Shown here piece by piece: positions 13,450 to 26,293 of a stretch of DNA of 64,000 bases (position 1 is its first letter; the number at the start of each line of letters is the position of its first letter). The position numbers and the translations under genes were made by a program. Source of the DNA: Laetmonice hystrix (Eukaryota); NCBI GenBank assembly GCA_965235115.1, contig OZ249439.1:12338001-12402000 (forward strand), given 5' to 3'. The notes below the pieces were generated by a model. The model saw only the letters and a program-made list of their open reading frames with translations. It searched no databases and was not told where the DNA came from.

Positions 13450-14450
13450 CAGAGGACATGTCAAGATACCATCAGCCTCAGGAGACAATTCAGTAGGACG
13501 TCTTCTCTATGAATTGTATTTCTGAACACGGGCATTCATCAAATTGATGGTGCTCACTTGCTTAGCGTAGATTAAGAACCATATGTCCTTTTTTGGCCTA
13601 TCATCATGGGATTTGGGGATTGGTAATAGGTTCTGGGCCTTTGCCGTTCTGGATTCTTTGCACTCTTCCAGGAACATGTAATCATGGTAATTATGTCATG
13701 GGATTGCTGTTCCTCTGATCCAGTTCTAGCCCCTTATCTTGTGCACCCAACGTTTGAATCAGACATCATGGACATTGACCTATTAATTATACTCTCATCT
13801 CCCAGATATTCAATTCGGCCTGGCTTTATCTGCGCTGCAGGTTGGCATCTGTCCTATGTATTACATGGTAATAAAGCTAGCAGCAGCAAGCCACCGCCGG
13901 GGTAGCAGTGAGTGCCACGTTTCTTGGTCGGAATGCCGTGTGGATAATGCAGCGGTATGAAATAAGACCAGGGCTACGCCCTTGCATGTCCGACGGCATG
14001 CTGCTCCTTGGATATGGTTCAAAAATAAAATATGACTTCGATAATTTAAGAGCTGTTCCTATCGGTGCAATATGACAACTCCAACAAAAACCGAGTCCAC
14101 ATTGTAACCGTTGGGATTTTATGACCCTAGCCCAATTAATTCCGAGAGTGGACTTTGACCGTGGCTAGATTAATACAGAAACTGTGTGAATCCTTTGGGA
14201 GGACATAAGACGAGAGAGGGGAGTGGAGCATGCCATGGCGGAAGTAGTGGAGGAGAATCTGAAGGTTCGTGAAGGGTCTGATGAAGGGAGCCCTCTCTCC
14301 TGTCTGTCTCACATGTGTTCGCGCCCGGAGATGGAGAGAGATTCTAGACACTAATCTGCAAGGCCAACGCTAACCCTCGGCGCTTCCACCCCAAATGCAC
14401 ATATAAAAAGCCTCCTGATCTTTGCATAATTCTATCTAATGCTGCCACAT
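13450..14450 (-). mobile_element. Probable decayed non-LTR retrotransposon (CR1/L2-like ORF2 endonuclease and linker remnant)
   Basis: Frameshifted minus-strand fragments in the expected order: DRIMQRSGGFLYV (cf. DR..GGGV.IYV), LESLSI, ELIGLG-x-N (cf. LIVLGDFN), TLSKxAPS (cf. LDKHAP). Heavily degenerate. Confidence 0.35.
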
Positions 14451-15668
14451 GAATAATCTATGGAAGTGCATTTCTGCAGGTGTACGGGACTTAAATGTGC
14501 TGCTGTCCCCGGAAAAAGGTCTCCTGGGAGACTGCGCAAGGGAGGTTTCTGGTTATCTTGGTGTCACAGCAAATACTCCACCAAGCTCTCAACCCAGACT
14601 TTCATCGTTTGCTTGTCTTTGTGTCTTAAAGATAAGCTGACCACTGAAGGATGGCAATCTGCAATTTTATCGTATAAAAGAAAAGGATGCAACATTTTCT
14701 TTAAAATCTGGCGGCAGCCGAGACACTAATGCCAGTAGTGTAAGTGTTAATTCCTCACAAATAATCTATTCAGCTTGCGCACCTGGGACAAAGCGAGTTC
14801 CCTTTGATTATACACCTTATACAAATCCTAAGTAGATGGCTTGGCAAAAAAAACTATGTACAAAAATAAAAAAATAAATCTATGACGATGGTAAGTATTG
14901 ATTTGAATAAAGATTTTGCACTGGGGACGCACTTCCTTTATTGAAGATTACAAGGCAGGAAATGGTAGAATGCACTTTCTAACCCCAGCTCTGCATTCAG
15001 CCTTTTGACGGAAGAGTCCTGCTGTACCTAACACCTAGTTCTCCCATCACCCTCTCAAAAATCATTACATGTCAACTAGATCAGATGTTACAGAACTTAG
15101 GATATTTTTAATAAAATCAACAAAATACTCCCCCCTGTAACCTTGAGGAAAGTGTGTCGTGATATTCTCTCAATACACATAGTTTTCCCTAGAGGCAATG
15201 GCATGCAGCCAAACTTGATTTAACTGGAAACGAGTCCGTTAAACGTTCCGTGTTTTCTTTGGCTCAATGATAATGTCCTTAAATCAGCTAACGACCGGCC
15301 GATTATTCCTACAGTTGGGCAAATCCACGATAAAATACTATGTAGCGGGACTGTTAGGGGTTGCCTTTACCGGGGAGTCTCACTCCCTGCTACAAACCAC
15401 GGCTTTAATTACACTGCTCTACTAAATCAACAACGGAGAACACACTGACAATGGTCGTTTAAAACAATGAGGGACAGAGATGGCCAGACGGACAGACAGA
15501 CAAACAGGGGAGGTCGATATGATACGTACTGAAACAACGCCTGTCAGATCTAAAGTTGCTGATAAATAACCGGAATGACTAACTGCATGGTGGAGGGTGA
15601 CTTATATAACATACGTATATGTTACACTTATACTACACGTATATTGGTAGAATTATGATTTTATGAGA

Positions 15669-15906
15669 GTAGAATTATGATTTTACCCAGGACAACGCGT
15701 AGTGTTGTAGGGAATAGATAAGAAGGAGAGCGCATGCGCGGGAAGACGGCAGACTTGAACCAAGTGCGAGTGAAAGAAGCAAAGGATCTCCCTTTTTACG
15801 TGACTAACCTTATCTAAAAGGTAACCGCACAAAATTCTAAAGGGCGGGGCAGGGCATCTATTCCCTACAACACCACGTGTTGTCCTCGGTAAAATCATAA
15901 TTCTAC
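15669..15906. mobile_element. MITE-like element, 238 bp, with 50-bp terminal inverted repeats
   Basis: 15669-15718 gtagaattatgattttacccaggacaacgcgtagtgttgtagggaataga versus reverse complement of 15857-15906: 47/50 identical. No clear TSD; superfamily not assigned. Confidence 0.8.
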
Positions 15907-16119
15907 TTCAACTTTTACCAAGGTACGTCTTGTATAATTGTAACATTTTACCTCGGACAACACTTGAGTGTTCATCGACGAGATGTTTAGAGCTTCTTTA
16001 CATCTTTACCTTCCGGACATATTTCAGGACTTCATCATGTTATTATGAAGACCTTTATTAATTCTGTCTTCTGTCTCCATTACATTAGTTCATCAAACCG
16101 TCGCTCATTCAACAATCTC

Positions 16120-16600
16120 TCCGCCACATCATTATGGCCTTCCTCAATGTCCTTTCTTAATCAAACTAAATACGATACCTTATTCACATCCCCAAATGAC
16201 GACTAATTTAATCAATCTACAAACCAACGGGTGTTGTCCAACCCAAGAGCCCTCAAATACCGGCAGTGTAACAGCTAGGACTGATCTGGCAGGGTTTAAG
16301 GCTCCGCAACCTTATCCTATCACTATAAAAACCATCGTGATCGAGTTCCTTTTCTTCCCCGTCCAGTTCCAAATGTCCCTGGCGATCAGATTACATTGTT
16401 GGGATCCAACCTCCCCCCGCCCTATATGTTGTACATCCGTCAACAATGTATTGTCCGTCAGTCTACCCTAACATGCACACCTTCTTCCGGGCACAAACTT
16501 TGTAAGCCAAACAATATGGCTGTCAACGCAAGGACGTTGGTATGCTCTTGTCTCCTGCCGTCTTCCGATCCATGCGTGATCAAAAGACATGTCATGTAGA
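16120..16600 (-). mobile_element. Decayed DIRS1-type tyrosine-recombinase retrotransposon fragment (RNase H plus YR N-terminus)
   Basis: Minus strand reads EHTNVLALTAILFGLQSLC...HVR, then LTDNT...GSQQCNLIARDIWNW (DIRS RNase H motifs), then GALNPARSVL...VGQHPLVCRLIK..WDVNKV (DIRS YR N-terminal motifs), with frameshifts and stops. Confidence 0.75.
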
Positions 16601-16866
16601 AAGCCGAGGTACGTTTGATGTGAACAGGTCACAAAGGGTGTTATTACCTGGCAACATTTATCAGATATGTGGGGGAGGATTATTGACAGCTGGTGCCCCT
16701 CAGCCTACCCTCACACGTCAACACCCACCCTGGTGAGGAACGCTGATATGTAAACACCTGTACAGGTAAATCGGTGGGATGAGGACCTAGCACTGTTCGG
16801 GCACTGTGTATCTGGGGCCTTATAGGCCCGACATTGGCAGGAGCGGAGATTGTATGCAGAGGGCCT

Positions 16867-18610
16867 TGGCTGAGGGCGGGGGCCTGGTACTCAGGACCTT
16901 AGAACTGACATTGGCTGGGGGCGGTTGGTTGGGGGCGGGGGCCTGGTACTCAGGACCTTAGAACTGACATTGGCTGGGGGCGGGGGCCGTGTACTCAGGA
17001 CCTTAGAACTGACATTGGCTGGGGGCGGGGGCCGTGTACTCAGAACCTTAGAACTGACATTGGCTGGGGGCGGGGGCCGTGTACTCAGGACCTTAAAACT
17101 GACATTGGCTGGGAACGGGGGCCTGGTACTCAGGACCTTAGAACTGACATTGGCTGGGGGCGGGGGTCGGGGGCCGTGTACTCAGGACCTTAGAACTGAC
17201 ATTGGCTGGGGGCGGTGGCCCGTGTACTCAGGACCTTAGAACTGGCATTGGCTGGGGGCGGGGGCCCGTGTACTCAGGACCTTAGAACTGACATTGGCTG
17301 GGTGCGGGGGCCGTGTACTCAGGACCTTAGAACTGGCATTGGCTGGGGGCGGGGGCCGTGTACTCAGGACCTTAGAACTGGCATTGGCTGGGGCCGTGTA
17401 CTCAGGACCTTAGAACTGACATTGGCTGGGTGCGGGGGCCGTGTACTCAGGACCTTAGAACTGACATTGGCTGGGGGCGGGGGCCGTGTTCTCAGGGCCT
17501 TAGAACTGACACTGACTGGGGTCGGGGGCCGTGTACTCAGAACCTTAGAACTGACATTGGCTGGGGGCGGGGGCCGTGTACTCAGGACCTTAGAACTGAC
17601 ACTGACTGGGGTCGGGGGCCGTGTACTCAGAACCTTAGAACTGACATTGGCTGGGGGCGGGGGCCGTGTACTCAGGACCTTAGAACTGGCATTGGCTGGG
17701 GGCGGGGGCCGTGTACTCAGGACCTTAGAACTGACATTGGCTGGGGGCGGGGCCGTGTACTCAGGACCTTAGAACTGACACTGACTAGGGGCGGGGGTCG
17801 TGGGCCGTGTACTCAGGACCTTAGAACTGACACTGACTAGGGGCGGGGGTCGTGGGCCGTGTACTCAGGACCTTAGAACTGACATTGGCTGGGGGCGGGG
17901 GCCGTGTACTCAGGACCTTAGAACTGGCATTGGCTGGGGGCGGGGGTCGGGGGCCGTGTACTCAGGACCTTAGAACTGACATTGGCTGGGGGCGGTGGCC
18001 CGTGTACTCAGGACCTTAGAACTGGCATTGGCTGGGGGCGGGGGCCGTGTACTCAGGGCCTTAGAACTGACATTGACTGGGGGTGGGGGCCGTGTACTAA
18101 GGGCCTTAGAACTGACATTGGCTGGGGGCGGGGGCTGTGTACTCAGGACCCTAGAACTGACAATGGCTGGGGGCGGGGGCCATGTACTCAGGACCTTAGA
18201 GCCGACACTGATTAGGGGCGGGGGTCGGGGGTCGGGGGCCGTGTACTTAGGACCTTAGAACTGACATTGGCTGGGGGTGGGGGCCGTGTACTCAGGACCT
18301 TAGAACTGACATTGGCTGGGGGCGGGGGCCGTGTACTAAGGGCTTTAGAACTGACATTGGCTGGGGGCGGGGGCCGTGTACTCAGGACCTTAGAACTGAC
18401 ACTGACTAGGGGCGGGGGTCGGGGGCCGTGTACTCAGGACTTTAGAACTGACATTGACTGGGGGTGGGGGCCGTGACCTTAGAACTGACATTGGCTGGGG
18501 CGGGGGCTGTGTACTCAGGACCTTAGAACTGACATTGGCTGGGGGTGGGGGCCGTGTACTCAGGACCTTAGAACTGACATTGGCTGGGGGCGGGGGCCGT
18601 GTACTCAGGG
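16867..18610. repeat. G-rich ~45-bp minisatellite, ~38 copies
   Basis: Unit gggggcgggggccgtgtactcaggaccttagaactgacattggct with indel variants. Confidence 0.95.
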
Positions 18611-21421
18611 CATAAGGTCTAACATTGCCCCGGTTCCTGTACATGGACATGTACAAAAGAATCCAAGGTTTCCGGTTGTTCTTTACATACTGCATAATTA
18701 TGTCGGAACAGTTGTATCTGATTTTAAATCCTCGCATATTGGTTTTTATCTGTTTTGACAGCTCCATATTCAATCTGTCACTGAAAGCGTTGTCGAGACG
18801 GACAAAACTTTTTTTGGAAGGTGAGCCAAGACAGGTGAGAAACGGGTAGCCTACAGCGAGTTTTGTGCATCTCGCCTTACTATTCAGTGTCACCGACTCC
18901 ATTTTGATGACATCCGTTACCACAAACCAGAAACCCTGACACTTTATTACAATCAGTATTCTGAAAGACTGTTCTTCAAAATGACAACCGGTTACGGTGA
19001 CGGTCCGATGTCGGGTCAATCCTAGTCGCAGTGATACACTTCTTGCCAAGCCTCATATAGCCTTATTCTGAGAATCAGTAATAGTACCCTCCGGTGTCTC
19101 CATAAACGTAACCATGGTAACATATACTCTTTGCCATTGATAAAAACGATATTTGCAAGTGGAGTACAATGGATCACATTGAAACGCTTCCACTGCCTCA
19201 AATTGATACAATACACAAAGTTCGATCACGACTTAAGTCGTACTCAGCACTTAACACTGCATCTGCCATGTCTCCAAGTCCTTGCACTGCTTCAGGACAG
19301 AACAAAGGCAATAAACAGTGCCACAACCCAACTCTTGTCGAGTGTTATATAATCAGCCCCAGCTCAGATGAGTTTCACGAGCGACGTCTGAAATCTCTTG
19401 AATGCGGTCGGTTGGCTGGTTGTGACGTAAAGTATGAGTCCCATCAGTCATTGAAAGTTGAGCTCGTTTGGGCCGATCCTGGTGGTGGTGGTGGTTCAAG
19501 GTTATTTTATGATACAGGAGAAAGGTGAAGGTAAGCGAGGAGCACCATCAGCAGGGTGGACATGGCAGGCGGCGATAGATGTATTTATGTATGGCGTTCC
19601 ATCTTTGTAACTAGGGAAGCAGTCACCATGGAGATGTATCATGGCCTCTACTGCTGACAGTATATCCCCTCTGTAAGATTGATTACGTGGTGAGCCACCT
19701 ATGGTCGATGTCAGCCAAGTTGGAGTAGCGCTCTAGAAGACAGCCCCCGACCCACTCTATGGAATAGGCTGCGCTGCATCATTCCTTTAATGAAATCCTT
19801 CCTTAATTCAATTCCTGTTCCTTTCTGCTACCCTTGTTATGATAATCCAATAGAATCTCAAGATGATCCAGGGCCAGGCCTCGTTATTTGTTCCGTGTCG
19901 AGGTATTAAAGTGAAATGTTGTAGTTCAGTCTCCAGCATTACCGAAATGAATGCCAACACAGAGCGTCAATATTACCCATTAAATGATAAAAAATCACTT
20001 GAATGTTACGATTGCCTGCAAACCTCTGTTAGAATGATGGTGATTTCTACTGCAAGCAATCAGCCATTTAATTAATTAAAACTGAATAGCACAGTATGGC
20101 CATCTATTGTCACCCATCTCATCTGAATACGTAACCCATTACTACAAGTGAAGCAGGTCTCAAACTCTGACGGCGACATTCATCACTACACCACTTTTAT
20201 TTGGATTCCAATTAATAACCTTAACTTCTAATAATAAGGCCAATAACATTAGCATTGTCATGCTGCCGCCTGGCAGACTGTGGAATTCCTGGTGATAATC
20301 TCTCCAAGGTGCTTTGCTCAGTCTTTGTACATTGTTTGAGAGGGAGAAAAATCTGTCAAAAGTGACGTCGATCATTGCTCTGGGTGACGTTTACTGTTTC
20401 CTAAATCATCCGATCGGAGATAGTTAAATAAGATCTGTGATATTACGATTTGAAAAGGAAGAAAATGTGGAAAGATAGAGCATGCACTCTTGATAAATGT
20501 CATTGTGACTTAAAGATAGACAATGCTGCAAGAACATGTGATTTGGTGACAATGTGTGTTTGCGATAACACGAAACAGATGCATGTAGTGTTGAAGTATT
20601 AGCATATGATCTCCAATAATCGTTCTAATAGAGACTGACTCACGGTGCGCCACAAGCCCGCAAACCGCACCCACGTAACAGGTGCCCCTGTATTTGGGCG
20701 ATTCAACCCGACAACCAACAATAGCTTGGAGAAATCGGCTAAGACCCATCTTGAATCTTTAATGTAGCATTGCGACGCTTGAAATACTAGTAGTTTGAGA
20801 GAAAGCTAGGCTAATTACAAGAAATCAGGAACATTGGTGGAATGACACATGAAAATGCCATTCATATGGGTCCATCTGTATGCTACAGAAGGAACCTGAA
20901 ATCATGATAAACTTGCTGGGTGTTTTTCTAAATCAAATCGTAAGTAATATAAGTAAGAACTGTACGATATCTTGAATAACGACAGTAGGGCTTGTTTCAA
21001 AAAGACTCTTTGGACAGAATACCGTGCCAGAATTCAAATCCATCACATTAAAACAGCAATACTTGATTGTTATATGCACTGTCGTGCTGCGACTCCTTTT
21101 TCCATTGCATTAAAAACCACTGCTGACAGTAAAACAAAAATAACCCAAACGTTCACACACCTTGTAGGAAAAAAAATAACAGCAACAGAATGGATTTTTT
21201 CATTTACCGTTCTTTCTTACTGAGGAAAACGTAAATCAGGAAGTACATGCCATCCCAATTTCTATATACATGTATATTCAATCATGCTGGGCCGTTTTGG
21301 CAGGTGTCATCAGGAGGATGTACAGCACTGATTTCAGAAAAATTCAGTTTGAATTCAACCCTTGTATTTCAACGCTGTCACATGTTCCCAGTGCTGTGGT
21401 TAAATATGTCGTTCGTCTTAC

Positions 21422-21528
21422 CAAAAACATGTGCTGCAGCTGCTCGGCAAGGACAGTAAAAATGGAGAACTTTTTTATGAATCCAGTCTCGTCTGATGGA
21501 TCGGATCTGCCCCTGCCCCTGTCTCCGT
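21422..21528 (-). CDS. Possible 107-bp exon (DGDRGRGRSDPSDETGFIKKFSIFTVLAEQLQHMFL)
   Basis: Acceptor gtattgtttgcAG, donor TTG|GTAAGA, open frame ending in phase 0 compatible with exon 7623. No recognisable motif; could be chance. Confidence 0.2.
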
Positions 21529-23324
21529 CTGCAAACAATACTTGGGAATGGACATTATTAAAATCTTCACTCCAGGCATCTTTTTCTGGATCTTATATTA
21601 ACGTCCATATCCAGCCAGGTCGTCTGAACTTTCATTCCTTTGCAACATGCTCTTTCTGCAGTTTCCGATCCGAAAGGCTTTCCTGATCTTTCACTTGCAC
21701 ATCACAAATAAATGATAGATTATCACGCACAAAGCGGGCGAGTCCCGCTGTCAGTCAGAGTGTTGGATTGAATCAATGTGTACATTTATTATAAAAGCTG
21801 TCCCTGTAGTCTACAAAGTTTTCAATTATTTTGCCCACTTTGCCCACTTTTTTCGCTGAGAGGGCAGAATCCCTTGCATATCTAAAAGCAAAATTAGTAG
21901 GCCTATCATCAAGGGTCTACGTAATGTATGTCTTCCTAATGCTGTTTAATTCCTTGCCAAGCCATACAGTGTGCGTTGATGGAATGGAAACGTTGCACAA
22001 AGTGTATAAAATCAAAAAATACCAAACTTATAACGTGTTCACTCCATCTAAGTGTGGATTTACTGTCAACTACATCAAACTCCCAATGGCAGTCTCCACT
22101 TGGTGTATGTTTAAAACGTCAAGCTGGGGTGTAAACAATACTACCGGTAATGTGTAAACTGCTGTGGGTTTATGCGTGGCTAGCTCCAGCCACTAGAAAC
22201 AAATCGCCTGGGGCTTGGAGTCGGACTGCAAGTGCTCCCATTATCGGTATGATCGGTCAACTAAAGGCCCGATAAGGGAGTCAATGACCAGTGTAAATGA
22301 TGACCGAGTCGCGACGTGTCCAGCCCGGGGCTGGGGGCGCTGGGAGCCGGCCAGTGGTTGCCGGTGAAGGAGGTGAGTGGCTGGTAATGACTGGCCGCAT
22401 GGAGTACAGCCTAACAACACGGCACAGGACGACGACACCCCACGGCGGCCCATAAACAGGCCGCCGCCGTCACCGCCGCCGACTCAGGGGCGACACCGGC
22501 AACGGGCCAGCCTGGCCCCCACAATGACACTCTTTATTGGCCTTTTTATCTGCCAAGTTAAGGTCTTTGAGCCAAAACAATGATAGTTTGGGCCTGATTA
22601 CAACCGCCTTCAGGACAAGCCACTTGGCAAAGGCATCTGTCTGCCAATGAATGGCCATAATAGATCTCAGTGCGGCGTATTGATGGAAACAAAATTATCT
22701 GTAGCCAACCCTTCTCGTGAAGACATTCATCATAATGACCTATTCTAGATCGTGACTGATGTCAACCTCGCCAATCAATGCCCGCCCCTCGTGCACACCT
22801 CAACCACTATATAGCCAGGGTGAAATTACAACCCCTAATTTACTAGTCAAGACGTGTAGAAAACAAGCTGTCTATACCGTAAATGACAATCCGTCAATAT
22901 ATATTGCAGTCGTTAACTCTACAGTAGTCGGATTATTTATGCAACAAGGAAAGCCAGTGCAATTACTCCAATTTGGTAGGGAATAAAATCATGAATTATC
23001 CAAAGAAACTAAATGCCAGTCAAGTGGAATTGTATGGGGAGAAGCTTTAGGGGGCCACTAAATAAACAGATCTGTATGAGAAAAGGCCCATGATGAGATA
23101 AACATCCTGGGGTCAGATTGGTGACTCTACTTATCTGTGTTGTCTGTCTCGGGTGAACCATGTTCTATCAGGTCTATAGACATTGGAGAATTACTAAATC
23201 CATGATCCATTTCGATGTCTACGTTTCAAAAACACATGTCTAAATAGAATCGGAGTGGAGTGGTTTGCTTTCAGCGAGTGTTTGTTAATGATATTTAGGC
23301 AGGAGGTTGGACGCAGGGCTGCCA

Positions 23325-23478
23325 CGCCGTACATCGCCCGTGAAACACACAATTGGTCGAAAGTAAAGATATCCCTGACCTAATCCCTCACTCCGGCCCC
23401 AAAACATATCCATATCCTATCCCTGACCGTAAACCCCAACCCCTGTCCAAAAATATTGTGGGGAAGTTAGCATGGGGG
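23325..23478 (+). repeat. Interspersed repeat fragment, copy 1 (CCCTAA-like motifs)
   Basis: Aligns with 56135-56315: gtacatcgccc, ggtcgaa-gtaaagat, ccctgacc, aaaacatatcc, ccaaaaat, aagtta..atggggg. Confidence 0.7.
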
Positions 23479-23539
23479 AACAACCTCCCACGCATTGCGC
23501 GTGTCGTTGAGCAGCGGGAGCCGTGTGGCACAGCGACTG

Positions 23540-23553
23540 CCGCTAGGGGGCGC
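23540..23553 (+). promoter_or_regulatory. CTCF-like motif CCGCTAGGGGGCGC
   Basis: Matches the CTCF core consensus; binding untested. Confidence 0.4.
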
Positions 23554-24638
23554 CACGCTGCCACCACCACGAACAGACAGACGCATCTGCGCATGTCAAA
23601 ACCTAATGACGTGTTGTGTCCTCCTTGGAATTGCTTTTGTACTTTCTGATTTACTCCTTTGAAGGATGACTGCAGAAGTTGGCATCAAGAAATGCGTTCA
23701 TTGAAATGAGTTTTTTAAACTCCCAATCTGCCCGGTATACATCTTACAAGTTAAATGACTTGGTTCATACATCAAAATCACTTTGAATTGCTCACACGCT
23801 GAATTTCATGCTAATTCTGGTGACTAAAATGGCTTAGCTTTATCTCTCCTGGCCTGTCATCAATTTACTATTCTGACTTATTGACTACATCGTGGACGTC
23901 AGTCGCACCATCAGGCTTCTGATAAATCACCCACAGTCAAACAGCTTGACTGCCACTCCCAATACAATTACTGTTTTTCACAGCAGGTCACTCAGGCATA
24001 AATTTAGAGTCAAAATCTATAATTCATTGCTATCAATACCCGCACACTGTACACTTTACCGTCCAGGTTAGGCAGAAACAATTCCTTAAAACCGTGCCCT
24101 TATACACACATATAACTCGGGACAACCCTGATGGTGATGTATGTCATCATGTTGGGAAGTAATAAATTGCTCCATTTACTGGGTCCAATGCCGGATCTAC
24201 ACTAATCTAGACTATCACATTAAACTGCTTTATCTTTAGCTTAAAATAACATATTGAAAAGAATCCCCATGACGTATTCCTTTGTCTAACCTCAAAATGC
24301 CTTCAACAGTTTTGCCATTACTATTGATTATTATTCTATTTAAAAAAACAACACGTGAGAATCTAGTGTTGCGATAACAGCAGAGCTCCTCTCACGATAA
24401 TCCATCAGCCCCCGTCCAGAGATTCTCCAGCCAAGCAGTGTAGATGGTGACTTTCATTAAGGTTGCGGGGCCGAGTGTCTCCCATCTGTGTGTATCCGTG
24501 GTCACGTACACCAACCCCCAAGGCACATGTCACCTGATGTGTCACCCCGCCCACACATACGTCACGCTACGACACCTACTCTACAACCCAGACTGAACCA
24601 ACACCTACCTCTCCTGTCCTCCATATCTCTCCCCCTCC

Positions 24639-26293
24639 ACCTGTCCCTCTCCACTACACCGCCTCGGCTCTATCCCCTCAACCTGTCCCTCTCCACTACA
24701 CCGCCTCGCCTCTATTCCCCAACCTGTTCCTCTCCACTACACCTCCTGTCATAGCCTCTATCCCCCAACCTGTTCCTCTCCACTACACCTCCTGTCATAG
24801 CCTCTATCCCCCAACCTGTTCCTCTCCACTACACCTCCTATAGGCTCTATCCCCCAACCTGTTCCTCTCCACTACACCTCCTGTCCTAGCCTCTATCCCC
24901 CCAACCTGTTCCTCTCCACTACACCTCCTGTCCTAGCCTCTATCCCCCCAACCTGTTCCTCTCCACTACACCTCCTGTCCTAGCCTCTATCCCCCCAACC
25001 TGTTCCTCTCCACTACACCTCCTGTCCTAGCCTCTACCCACCAACCTGTTCCTCTCCACTACACCTCCTGTCCTAGCCTCTATCCCTCCAACCTGTTCCT
25101 CTCCACTACACCTCCTGTCCTAGCCTCTACCCACCAACCTGTTCCTCTCCACTACACCTCCTGTCCTAGCCTCTATCTCCCCAACCTGTTCCTCTCCACT
25201 ACACCTCCTGTCCTAGCCTCTACCCACCAACCTGTTCCTCTCCACTACACCTCCTAGCATCTATCACCCAACCTGTTCCTCTCCACTACACCTCCTGTCC
25301 TAGCCTCTATCCCCCCAACCTGTTCCTCTCCACTACACCTCCGGTCCTAGCCTCTACCCACCAACCTGTTCCTCTCCACTACACCGCCTCGGCTCTATCC
25401 CCCAACCTGTTCCTCTCCACTACACCTCCTATAGGCTCTATCCCCCAACCTGTTCCTCTCCACTACACCTCCTATAGGCTCTATCCCCCAACCTGTTCCT
25501 CTCCACTACACCTCCTGTCCTAGCCTCTATCTCCCCAACCTGTTCCTCTCCACAACACCTCCTATAGGCTCTATCCCCCAACCTGTTCCTCTCCACTACA
25601 CCTCCTGTTCTATCCTCTATCTCCCCAACCTGTCCCTCTCCACTACACCTCCTGTCCTAGCCTCTACCCACCAACCTGTCCCTCTCCACTACACCTCCTG
25701 TCCTAGCCTCTATCTCCCCAACCTGTTCCTCTCCACTACACCTCCTGTCCTAGCCTCTATCCCCCAACCTGTTCCTCTCCACTACACCTCCTGTTCTATC
25801 CTCTATCCCCCAACCTGTTCCTCTCCACAACACCTCCTGTAGCCTCTATCCCCCAACCTGTTCCTCTCCACTACACCTCCTATAGGCTCTATCCCCCAAC
25901 CTGTTCCTCTCCACTATACCTCCTATAGGCTCTATCCCCCAACCTGTTCCTCTCCACTATACCTCCTATAGGCTCTATCCCCCAACCTGTTCATCTCCAC
26001 TACACCTCCTGTCCTAGCCTCTACCCACCAACCTGTCCCTCTCCACTACACCTCCTGTCCTAGCCTCTACCCACCAACCTGTCCCTCTCCACTACACCTC
26101 CTGTCCTAGCCTCTACCCACCAACCTGTTCCTCTCCACTACACCTCCTGTCCTAGCCTCTACCCACCAACCTGTTCCTCTCCACTACACCTCCTGTCCTA
26201 GCCTCTACCCACCCACCTGTCCCTATCCACTACACCTCCTGGCCTCTATCCCCCAACCTGTCCCTCTCCACTACACCTCATAGGCTCTATCCC
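24639..26293. repeat. Pyrimidine-rich ~46-bp minisatellite, ~36 copies
   Basis: Unit cctctatcccccaacctgttcctctccactacacctcctgtcctag; plus strand almost G-free. Confidence 0.95.

Noticed and set aside
18620-19750. Possible Gypsy gag-like fragment (KEQPETLDSFV) on the minus strand
   Set aside because: A single short resemblance among many stops; no LTR, protease or RT motif seen.
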